Source: a virus. Taken from it: a stretch of 40,119 nt of DNA. Location of the stretch: IMG/VR virus record IMGVR_UViG_3300019132_000007, positions 1 to 40,119 of that record; one strand, written 5' to 3'. The notes beneath the pieces are model-generated. The model did not search any database. It worked only from the letters and a program-made list of their open reading frames with translations, and had not been told where the DNA came from. Shown here piece after piece: positions 6,948-13,526 of this stretch. A program made the translations under genes and the position numbers. The stretch's first letter is position 1; every line of letters starts with the position of its first letter.

Positions 6948-7954
6948 GCCGCCTCCTTCTTCAATGCCGCCTTAAGTGCCTCCGACCGCTTGGCCTTCGC
7001 CTCCGGCGAGTTGTCTACCTCTACCCGTTGAAGCTCACCCTGAATGGTCACGACAGGACTGGCGCGAGCTGCGGGAGGCTTGCCGCCGTTGTCGACTGCG
7101 GCGATCACTCGGGCCTTGAACTGAATCCCGGTTTCGCCAGGAAGCGGAGCCATGCCAAGCTCAGCGCCCTTAGCGATCACGCCGGCTTCAGTGGCATGCC
7201 ACGGGATCAAGGATTTCCCGCCCTCTCCCTTACGGGCCATGCATGCGGCCTTCAGGAACGAGGCAGGATCTGCGGGGCGCTCCATGACTGCGGCCACCAC
7301 CGACGCGTGCACGATCTCGGGGCCGTACTGCTTGACCAGCCCGCCAACGAACGTTCCACACTGCTTGTCCGGCATGCCGGCAGCTTGCAAAAGCGATTTG
7401 CCTGCAGCCCAAAGCTCGTCCTTGGTCATGTCTTCCGGCGATTTCGGCGGCTCGCCGCCCGTACCGTTAGGTACGGAACCTGTTCCTGCTTCTGTTCTTG
7501 CTTCTGTTCCTGTTCTTGGCTTCGAAGGGGCTTTGGAGGGGCTTGCCTCAACCAAATGGAAGGCTTCCTTGTACCGGTCGAAAAAGCGCTCGCGGATCAA
7601 GCCTTTCATAGCGGAAAACGCCTTTTTCACGCTCTTTACTTGGTTGTCGTTGACCTTCAATTCTTCGCCAATCTGGTACTTCGCCATTTCATGGACGAAC
7701 ACCGTGTCGGAAGCCTCGTCGTAGGTGCAGAAATCGATCTCGACAAGCCTTTGAAGGCCCTTCGAAGCCCCTTCCATGCCCAATCCAGTCTCATGGGCGA
7801 TATAGAGAATCGGGCAGGTATACACGCCGGTCATTTCGGAATGCGGAGAGGACATCAGGTACATGGCAACAATCTGCGCCTCGGCATGGCCGCGCATTGC
7901 CTTCCCTGTTTCCCCTGTCCAAATCTTCGGACTGACCTTTGCGTAATCGCGCAT
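6944..7954 (-). CDS. Replication initiator / replisome-organizer-like protein
   Basis: The start MRDYAKVSPKIWTGETGKAMRGHAEAQIVAMYLMSSPHSEMTGVY is typical of prophage replication proteins. A two-domain layout with a Pro/Thr/Gly linker. It sits in the lambda O position. Confidence 0.55.
   Translation of the reverse strand: MRDYAKVSPKIWTGETGKAMRGHAEAQIVAMYLMSSPHSEMTGVYTCPILYIAHETGLGMEGASKGLQRLVEIDFCTYDEASDTVFVHEMAKYQIGEELKVNDNQVKSVKKAFSAMKGLIRERFFDRYKEAFHLVEASPSKAPSKPRTGTEARTEAGTGSVPNGTGGEPPKSPEDMTKDELWAAGKSLLQAAGMPDKQCGTFVGGLVKQYGPEIVHASVVAAVMERPADPASFLKAACMARKGEGGKSLIPWHATEAGVIAKGAELGMAPLPGETGIQFKARVIAAVDNGGKPPAARASPVVTIQGELQRVEVDNSPEAKAKRSEALKAALKKEAA
7459..7543. repeat. Repeat cluster inside the replication gene linker (candidate ori)
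   Basis: A 7-bp perfect hairpin CCGTACC-gtta-GGTACGG (7459-7476). Tandem 12-mers TGTTCCTGCTTC / TGTTCTTGCTTC / TGTTCCTGTTCTTGGCTTC (7481-7523). GGGGCTT occurs twice (7527-7543). Confidence 0.3.
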
Positions 7955-7956
7955 CC

Positions 7957-8232
7957 CTACACTCCCACCATCAGCCGCTGAATCGTCACCGCCAGGGCGT
8001 CGATCTCGTCCATCTTTTTGATAATCCACATGCGCCGCTGACCGTGTAGGCCAAGGATCGGCCCACGGTGACAGTCAGTGCACAGCGCAATAGAAGTCCA
8101 CCATTGCCCCTGTTTCACCTCGTGGCACTCACAGGGGGCGGCAGCGTCACAAACGGAGCAAGGCAAGCTCTTGACGTTCTCGATGTGTTGCTTCTCATCC
8201 TTGGTCGGCGCTTTCTTGTTCTTGCTCCACAT
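7957..8232 (-). CDS. Ref-like (RecA-dependent) HNH-type nuclease
   Basis: KDEKQHIENVKSLPCSVCDAAAPCECHEVKQG...IALCTDCHRGPILGLHG matches the Ref-family recombination enhancement nuclease pattern as I recall it. Confidence 0.5.
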   Translation of the reverse strand: MWSKNKKAPTKDEKQHIENVKSLPCSVCDAAAPCECHEVKQGQWWTSIALCTDCHRGPILGLHGQRRMWIIKKMDEIDALAVTIQRLMVGV

Positions 8233-8235
8233 GGT

Positions 8236-8514
8236 TCAAGCCCCGTCCACTTCCGGCCGGCGCACAGTCTTTGCCGTGTGCTTGGTGATGCGGCACTGGC
8301 GCGGTGAGCCGTCTTCCAGACGTCCAGCCTTCACCAGTTCGTTATTGCGGCCGCAAACTGCGTTGATGGGCAATCCGGTAATGTCGGCCAGTTCTGAGCG
8401 CGTGTAGCGCGTGCCGGGCATGATCGCTGCCAGGATCAGGCTTTGCTGCCGCCCGAGATTGCCGCTGTCTTTCAGGTCGGCATAGGCTTGGATGCTCGTG
8501 TCTGCAACGGTCAT
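8236..8514 (-). CDS. Winged-helix DNA-binding protein (92 aa)
   Basis: ILAAIMPGTRYTRSELADITGLPINAVCGRNNELVKAGRL is a MarR-like wHTH pattern. Confidence 0.45.
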   Translation of the reverse strand: MTVADTSIQAYADLKDSGNLGRQQSLILAAIMPGTRYTRSELADITGLPINAVCGRNNELVKAGRLEDGSPRQCRITKHTAKTVRRPEVDGA

Positions 8515-8945
8515 GCTGCCTCCGGAAATTCCAGTTGAACGCCACGTTTCGCAAAATCCGTCTGCACAGCCTCGGCGTACTTGCTCAACTGCTCTTTGGT
8601 CATGATTGAGGTCACCGGCCAGCAGCGCATTGCCATCAGCTTCTGTTCGTAGGTCAACGGCTTGATTACGCTGTCGTAGGTACTGCGGAACTCGTCGTCC
8701 TCAGCGCGGAGGATCGGAACACCGTGATGCAGCTTGCAGTAGCACTTCCAGCCGAGTTCGTCGTCTTCGCGTAGTTCGCGAGCAATCTGCGCATACCAAA
8801 CGTGCGTGATCGCGTTCTGTGGAATGCTGCGGTCCTTGCCGGCCTTGACGCTCACGCGCAGGAACTTGTGGCGGTTCCACATATCCCGCAGGTCGCCAAT
8901 GGCGCGCTGCAGGGAATCCGCACTATTGATGACCAGGGCGCCCAT
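8511..8945 (-). CDS. NinB/Orf-like recombination mediator (tentative)
   Basis: The KDRSIPQNAITHVWYAQIAREL motif resembles lambda NinB RSLDQNRKLWACL. Its size (144 aa) and nin-region position agree. Confidence 0.4.
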   Translation of the reverse strand: MGALVINSADSLQRAIGDLRDMWNRHKFLRVSVKAGKDRSIPQNAITHVWYAQIARELREDDELGWKCYCKLHHGVPILRAEDDEFRSTYDSVIKPLTYEQKLMAMRCWPVTSIMTKEQLSKYAEAVQTDFAKRGVQLEFPEAA

Positions 8946-8947
8946 GA

Positions 8948-9325
8948 CTACGCCACCCCGCTACCAGCCAAGCCAATAAAGGAGATGTCGCGAAGTTTGT
9001 CCAAGTGCTGCGCCCACGGCACAGCCTTAAGCGGGCGATTAATGACCAGCGTGCGCGGCGCAGCAGCTTGCCCAATAAAGACCGGATTGCCGCCCTGCTC
9101 AAGCTCGAAGAACTCGGCAACGTGCGGCATCAGCGTGTAGACATGGCCGGCGATAGTCACGTAACCGGTTTGCGCCGAGCCTTTCAGCGCGTGAGAAATG
9201 CTCTCGCCAGTGAGATTCGGCAGCACTTGGCGGACTTGAGCCGCCGTCATCGGGCCATGCGCGAACAGCGCGAAGCACACAGTGCGGCGAACGGAATTGG
9301 CGGGAGGGACGCGGGCGGTTTTCAT
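8948..9325 (-). CDS. Hypothetical protein (125 aa), possible wHTH
   Basis: ORF in the operon chain. Confidence 0.45.
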   Translation of the reverse strand: MKTARVPPANSVRRTVCFALFAHGPMTAAQVRQVLPNLTGESISHALKGSAQTGYVTIAGHVYTLMPHVAEFFELEQGGNPVFIGQAAAPRTLVINRPLKAVPWAQHLDKLRDISFIGLAGSGVA

Positions 9326-9336
9326 GGATCTTCCCC

Positions 9337-9507
9337 TTATGCGATACGTTTGATAACAACCTGGTCGCCATTGCGGCGGCTCATAAACACCATGCCGTGG
9401 CGCTTGCCGTAGTTGCAGGCGGCTTGACGGACTTTCTGCGCGTCTTGCAGAGAAACGGGCAACGTTTCGTTGACCTGAATCGTGTTGAGCGGGTACTTGA
9501 GCTTCAT
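9337..9507 (-). CDS. Hypothetical protein (56 aa)
   Basis: MKLKYPLNTIQVNETLPVSLQDAQKVRQAACNYGKRHGMVFMSRRNGDQVVIKRIA. ATGA overlap with the upstream stop. Too short for the ORF track. Confidence 0.45.
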   Translation of the reverse strand: MKLKYPLNTIQVNETLPVSLQDAQKVRQAACNYGKRHGMVFMSRRNGDQVVIKRIA

Positions 9508-10073
9508 TGCGTCACCTTACCGACGAGGTGTTTGCGTACATCAGCGCGCGTAGCCCGAATTGCCTCTTCCGCCTCAGCCAACTCTCGTTCTGCCTTCGTC
9601 AGTTCGGTGTACGTAGCCCCATCGATTAGGTTTGCCACCGCACCTTGAGCCTCGGACGTTTCACGGGCGATGCGAACAAGCCCATTGGTAAAGTTAGGCG
9701 CATTGCCTTCAACATCCTCTACTCCATGGGCGACAAGGTCGAAGCGTGAAAGTATCTCGTTCAGATAGGCTAGGCGGATGTGCGCAGGCAAGGCCGCCAG
9801 AATCGAGTCTTCAAAATTCGCGCAAAGCAGGTTCCGGTCCTTTGATTTGTCGTCCAGCCAGCGATAGATTCGGTCAGCATTGTTCTTCTGGATCGTCACA
9901 AGGTCGCCAGTGCGATCGAATTTCACCTGAGTAAGCCTGTCGGCACCGATGCGGTAATGAGCCTCAACGATCTGTTCGCATACAGTTTCGCGGCTCCAGT
10001 CCATCGACTTGCGCCACTGATCTACGTATTCAAGAAGGATTGCGATCCGGGACTTGTGCGAAACGTTGCGCAT
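9504..10073 (-). CDS. YdaT-like / CII-analog regulatory protein
   Basis: AGGAGAGG RBS before ATG 10073. NNADRIYRWLDDKSKDRNLL...ILAALPAHIRLAYL resembles Rac YdaT (IYHRWLKGETKTQREKIQKLIPAILAILP). It lies immediately downstream of the cro-like gene. Confidence 0.5.
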   Translation of the reverse strand: MRNVSHKSRIAILLEYVDQWRKSMDWSRETVCEQIVEAHYRIGADRLTQVKFDRTGDLVTIQKNNADRIYRWLDDKSKDRNLLCANFEDSILAALPAHIRLAYLNEILSRFDLVAHGVEDVEGNAPNFTNGLVRIARETSEAQGAVANLIDGATYTELTKAERELAEAEEAIRATRADVRKHLVGKVTQ

Positions 10074-10222
10074 GCTTTTTCCTCTCCTATTGCTTATTCT
10101 TCTTTCCATCAACACAAGAACAACAGGGAGTGCTGTATGGAACTTCGTTTGACTTTTCTCAAAAACTCAATTTCGGCCGCAAAAAAGGGCGGCAGGCTTT
10201 CACCCACCGCCCACGCCCTACC

Positions 10223-10486
10223 TCAAGGAGACTTGTTTCCTTTGTCTGTGGAGCGCCGGCCATCACTCTTTCGGCGCTCAGCAACAACTTGAGCGCACGA
10301 TGCCTGGTCACTCACGCCGTAAATCCCCGCGTAAGTCACAGGAGAAGTCCGGACAATCACATCCGCCTGCTCCGGACGAGGCTTCCGTTCACGGCGACGC
10401 CATGAAGCAACTGTTCGAAGCTTTACCTTCCACAGAGCAGCAGCTTCTGCATCTCCAATCTGTTTTATGTACTCAACCAGAGTCAT
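10223..10486 (-). CDS. Cro/YdaS-family HTH regulator
   Basis: MTLVEYIKQIGDAEAAALWKVKLRTVASWRRRERKPRPEQADVIVRTS. Divergent from the cI-like gene. I chose the start with the GAAAGG RBS. Confidence 0.65.
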   Translation of the reverse strand: MTLVEYIKQIGDAEAAALWKVKLRTVASWRRRERKPRPEQADVIVRTSPVTYAGIYGVSDQASCAQVVAERRKSDGRRSTDKGNKSP

Positions 10487-10512
10487 CGGGCGACCTTTCT
10501 TTAAATCCATTT

Positions 10513-10527
10513 TACACGTTTCGTGCA
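10513..10527. promoter_or_regulatory. Operator OR-1 (TACACGTTTCGTGCA)
   Basis: Imperfect palindrome TACACG-N3-CGTGcA. It overlaps the -10 (TCTAAT, 10532-10527) and start region of the minus-strand cro promoter. Confidence 0.55.
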
Positions 10528-10545
10528 TTAGAGCAAGGTGGATTT

Positions 10546-10560
10546 TACGCGCAACGTGTC
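10546..10560. promoter_or_regulatory. Operator OR-2 (TACGCGCAACGTGTC)
   Basis: Same motif 33 bp from OR-1. It overlaps the -35 (TTGCGC, 10554-10549) of the cro promoter, which has a 16-nt spacer. Confidence 0.5.
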
Positions 10561-10584
10561 ATTAATGCGCGATACAGTCCGCGC

Positions 10585-11145
10585 ATGACCGAGGATGAGT
10601 ACAAAATTGAAATTGGGAAACGAATTGCCGAGGCCCGCAAAAGTGTTGGGCTAAAGTTGCGCGAATTGGCAGACCGTGCGGGAATTAAGGTCTCGACACT
10701 CGGGATGTATGAACAGGGCCGGCGCAAGCCAGGGAATGTCGAAATTATTGCGATCGCTAAAGAGACTGGCCAAGACCCGGCCTATCTAATGTGCCTCAGC
10801 GAATCAAATGTCAGAAGTGCCCCGCAATGGCTAGACCCCAGGGTTGAAAAGCTACCGGACATGTTCAAGGAGGCGATTCGACTCAAGGCTGAGCGCTATC
10901 TTGAAATGGCTGACAAGTTCCCCGTTAGCATATTCTTCATTCTCTCTACGCCGACATCAAAGAACTATGATGATTGGGAGCGTGGGGTCGAAGCTCATTA
11001 TAGGAGCATCGTGGAAGGGAAAAAACAGGAATGGCCCGAACACGAGCGTAGACAGGCGCCAGACAGACGGCAGCACAACATCCCCGGCGCTATCGGAACA
11101 ATGACCCAATCACCAGACAAAAAGACAAGCAAAAAAACCGGGTGA
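10585..11145 (+). CDS. CI-like repressor (XRE HTH) without a recognisable S24 peptidase domain
   Basis: MTEDEYKIEIGKRIAEARKSVGLKLRELADRAGIKVSTLGMYEQGRRKP. Divergent from cro. I saw no G-S-M or Ser-Lys dyad pattern in the C-terminal 110 aa. Confidence 0.7.
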   Translation: MTEDEYKIEIGKRIAEARKSVGLKLRELADRAGIKVSTLGMYEQGRRKPGNVEIIAIAKETGQDPAYLMCLSESNVRSAPQWLDPRVEKLPDMFKEAIRLKAERYLEMADKFPVSIFFILSTPTSKNYDDWERGVEAHYRSIVEGKKQEWPEHERRQAPDRRQHNIPGAIGTMTQSPDKKTSKKTG

Positions 11146-11151
11146 TCAATC

Positions 11152-11167
11152 TCCCATATTTATGGGA
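11152..11167. promoter_or_regulatory. Palindrome A TCCCATATTTATGGGA
   Basis: Perfect 16-bp dyad 7 nt after the cI stop. Confidence 0.4.
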
Positions 11168-11197
11168 TATGCGGCGACGTATCGCGGCTGCACAATC

Positions 11198-11211
11198 CCC
11201 ATATATATGGG
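11198..11211. promoter_or_regulatory. Palindrome B CCCATATATATGGG
   Basis: Perfect 14-bp dyad with the same half-site as palindrome A, 12 nt before the ATG at 11223. Confidence 0.4.
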
Positions 11212-11222
11212 AGAAGCATTTG

Positions 11223-11480
11223 ATGCCTGAGAACAAGCCGGCGAACGTCACACGTATCGCAGAGTGGAAACACAAAGACACCATCGAGGCGCTGGAATAC
11301 CTTCTGGCAATGGCCAAACGAGGCGAAATCACCGGCTTTATCTACGGTGTTCGCGTTGGCGACTGGCATCACGGGATCGGCGTGACCGGGCACTATCGAG
11401 ACGACCCAATCGCCGGTCTTGGTGCTACGGGGCGCATTTTCTCAGCTCTTAATCGCCTTGCAGAGCAAGCGTCAGAGTGA
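11223..11480 (+). CDS. Hypothetical protein (85 aa)
   Basis: MPENKPANVTRIAEWKHKDTIEALEYLLAMAKRGEITGFIYGVRVGDWHHG... GGGAGAAG RBS. Confidence 0.5.
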   Translation: MPENKPANVTRIAEWKHKDTIEALEYLLAMAKRGEITGFIYGVRVGDWHHGIGVTGHYRDDPIAGLGATGRIFSALNRLAEQASE

Positions 11481-11668
11481 TTCCAATGAGTCGGCGCGAT
11501 ATGATGGACTCTGGAACAAAGTCCATCGGTGAGCCACACATCAAAAACTATTGACGATTGTTGGCGTCCAAGAGACAGTGTGTGTGACCAGCATCACAGC
11601 ATTTTCCGCAAGTATTGCTATACTGAATTACCGATTAGAAATAGTTTCAAAAACCGCACGAGGCGCAT

Positions 11669-11869
11669 ATGCAAAAGGACATCATTTATAAGTTTCGCGG
11701 ATCGGATGAGTCTTTCCGGTCAAGTGATGCCCTCCCTGTTGGCGAGTCGGCAGGACGGTTTGTCCTTGAACGCATGAAAAACGCTCTTTCGTCCGACGCT
11801 ATCCAGGCTCCGAGTGGGATGTCTATCGAAGAGATGCGGAAATTCATTCTCGCGCACGCGGGGAAGTAA
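11669..11869 (+). CDS. Hypothetical protein (66 aa), putative antitoxin/partner in the low-GC moron
   Basis: The first gene of a low-GC two-gene unit, ending 3 nt before the next start. An upstream TGcTATACT extended -10-like element sits at about 11618-11626. Confidence 0.45.
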   Translation: MQKDIIYKFRGSDESFRSSDALPVGESAGRFVLERMKNALSSDAIQAPSGMSIEEMRKFILAHAGK

Positions 11870-11872
11870 TGC

Positions 11873-12262
11873 ATGACCTATACATGGGGCTTTAAGAAGG
11901 CCTTTGCTACCGAATTCGCAAACTTCCCACAAGACCAACAGGATAAAATTCTGGCGTTTGTCGCCACATTCGAAACCTTTGGCCTCACAGATTTTACCAA
12001 TTACCCAGGCAAAATAACGTATTCATGGAAGGGTCTCGCGGCCACGGACCCAAACTATGTGTATGCGCGCCAAAACCACTTGTGGCACTACCATATAGGC
12101 ATCCCGCATTACAGCCAAGTGCACGCTCGCTATAAGACGTCAGACTGGGTCCTGCATTTCCAATGGATCAACCAAGGAACACACATAGACCTAGTTGACA
12201 TCTATTCGCACTATCGCAGTGATAGAACATTCTATCTCCCGCCGTCGAACACATTAATCTGA
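11873..12262 (+). CDS. RelE/YafQ-fold-like protein (129 aa), putative toxin or exclusion factor
   Basis: The FKKAF..EF..F...QQDKI..F...F...GL, WKG......H...DWVLHF and GTHIDLVDIYSH spacing resembles YafQ/RelE (KGYRDAHVEPDWILIY...GTHAALF). Assignment is tentative. Confidence 0.35.
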   Translation: MTYTWGFKKAFATEFANFPQDQQDKILAFVATFETFGLTDFTNYPGKITYSWKGLAATDPNYVYARQNHLWHYHIGIPHYSQVHARYKTSDWVLHFQWINQGTHIDLVDIYSHYRSDRTFYLPPSNTLI

Positions 12263-12337
12263 GCTCCTTCGCGGGCGCTTTGCTTTTCTTGGCGCGATAA
12301 TGTTCCATTATCCCTCCACATAATTCCCCTCCCAATC

Positions 12338-12363
12338 AATCCCGCTTCGGCGGGATTTTTTTT
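12338..12363 (+). terminator. Strong intrinsic terminator ending the moron
   Basis: AATCCCGC-TTCG-GCGGGATT followed by T-run TTTTTTT. Confidence 0.85.
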
Positions 12364-12409
12364 CGCCCTCATTTTCCGCAATCCACTTTACGCAAACTTT
12401 TTCACCGTT

Positions 12410-12452
12410 TACACATTTCGCACTTGCACCTTTCCACATTTCGTGTAAACTT
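12410..12452 (+). promoter_or_regulatory. PL-like early-left promoter with two CI-type operators
   Basis: TTGCAC (12424-12429), 16 nt, TAAACT (12446-12451). Operator-like sites are TACACATTTCGCAC (12410-12423) and CACATTTCGTGTA (12435-12447, reverse complement TACACGAAATGTG). Both share the TACACG-N3-CGTG motif of OR. Confidence 0.5.
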
Positions 12453-12497
12453 ACTTCCATCAAGCAATCGTTCCAGCAACGCAAGGGGGATTGGGAA

Positions 12498-12647
12498 ATG
12501 ACTGCCACAAAAGAGCAATACCGCGCCTACCTTCAAAGCCCTGCAGTGTGGGTAATGAGCTATCAGCAGTGGCTTGCAGCGAAGGCGTTCATTGAAGGCG
12601 CAATGACGATTGAGCAAGCGTTTGAACTCCACCGGAGGATGAAGTAA
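12498..12647 (+). CDS. Hypothetical protein (49 aa), first ORF of the early-left operon
   Basis: MTATKEQYRAYLQSPAVWVMSYQQWLAAKAFIEGAMTIEQAFELHRRMK. GGGGGA RBS. Too short for the ORF track. Confidence 0.45.
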   Translation: MTATKEQYRAYLQSPAVWVMSYQQWLAAKAFIEGAMTIEQAFELHRRMK

Positions 12648-12649
12648 CG

Positions 12650-13300
12650 ATTTCAAAAACGCGCGTCAATGCGACTGCAGGCGCAAAGACAAGATGGCCG
12701 AGTTTCAGCGGGTTCTCGGCGAGTTTTACCTGTTTTGCGGCGTGTCCCTTAAGTGCGACCGGGACAAAACAGGCGATCCGGTGGGAAGCCGGAGCTAACA
12801 GGCGAGGCGGTTCGAGGTTCTGGATTCGATGGTCTGCACGTGAACGTATGCACGAACAGATGGCATTGCCCAGCTCCAGCACAGCCGCCTCACCTGTTGG
12901 CGAATGCGCAGGCTGATGCGCAGCAGAGGGACGCGGCGGGGGCGATGCGCACGGACTCCCGATAACGCCCGCCAAGCCGGAGATCAGCACCGGCCGTCAA
13001 CACACAGAGCCCTTCGGTGCAAAGGAGGGGCGACAAGTCAGGGGCGGCGTGGAAAGCGACACGCAAAGAGGGATCAGCCGGACCTCAGAAATCCAACCGG
13101 AGATGGCTAGGAATGTGAGCCAGCCCACGACGGGCAAAACACATCGCAGGAGTAGCGCCCTGCCCCCTGACTTGTTGGCGAGCCGCATGACTGGAATCCC
13201 TTGCCGTGAGGACGGTAAGGCGTTGGACGAGCCCCGATGACGCCGACTTACTTGGCCGAGAAAAGCGCATGCGAAAAATGAGGAAGGTAGCCCGGTGCGC
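12650..13300 (+). ncRNA. Candidate large structured non-coding RNA / structured operon leader (unclassified)
   Basis: About 650 nt with no credible ORF in an otherwise tightly packed genome. Many predicted helices, including long-range ones: 12797-12810/12885-12898 (13 bp with 1 mismatch), 13033-13044/13164-13175 (12 bp), 12729-12737/12765-12773 (9 bp) and 13199-13207/13212-13220 (9 bp with a GAGG loop). G-T wobble positions pair only on the plus strand. Confidence 0.4.
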
Positions 13301-13327
13301 CAACACCAAACAACAAGGAGGAATGAC

Positions 13328-13498
13328 ATGAACAAGCAGCTTATCCGACGCGCCGTAGTTCTGTTTCCACGCACGGACTACACCGACCCCGAAGCGGTAC
13401 GCCACGCTCGCCGCAACTTGCTGCGCTCTGTCGTGATGCTGCGTTGCTCTCCTGGTGGCAGCAAGTGGATTTTGGATCAGAAGGTGGCTAGGCAGTGA
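13328..13498 (+). CDS. Hypothetical protein (56 aa)
   Basis: AAGGAGG RBS 7 nt upstream. MNKQLIRRAVVLFPRTDYTDPEAVRHARRNLLRSVVMLR. Confidence 0.5.
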   Translation: MNKQLIRRAVVLFPRTDYTDPEAVRHARRNLLRSVVMLRCSPGGSKWILDQKVARQ

Positions 13499-13526
13499 CA
13501 AGGATTCCCACTAGCCGCATGGGGCG

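Noticed and set aside
7028-7981. Plus-strand ORFs 7028-7981 and 7152-7724
   Set aside because: They are shadow frames of the replication gene, with Cys/Arg/Ser-rich low-complexity translations.
10300-10584. A long N-terminal extension of the cI ORF (track ORF 10300-11145, 281 aa)
   Set aside because: The extension runs antisense through the cro gene and across the operator and promoter region, and its composition is not protein-like. The HTH domain starts right after the internal ATG at 10585.
12694-12798. A 34-aa ORF (MAEFQRVLGEFYLFCGVSLKCDRDKTGDPVGSRS) at the start of the ORF-poor region
   Set aside because: Third-position GC is reasonable (about 73 percent), but there is no convincing RBS and it overlaps two strong predicted helices. 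I left it unannotated. It remains a caveat to the ncRNA interpretation.
12800-12850. GGTTCGAGG, a tRNA T-arm-like string, suggesting a tRNA gene or tRNA-derived att core
   Set aside because: No matching acceptor or T-stem complement can be drawn around it, and I found no cloverleaf.
12904-13110. An Arg-rich 68-aa ORF as a lambda N-like antiterminator
   Set aside because: Its position behind the PL-like promoter is tempting. However, it has no RBS, is rich in rare AGA/AGG/CGA/GGA codons, has a third-position GC of only about 62 percent by my count, and overlaps neighbouring shadow ORFs. I treat it as part of the non-coding structured region, though it is not fully excluded.
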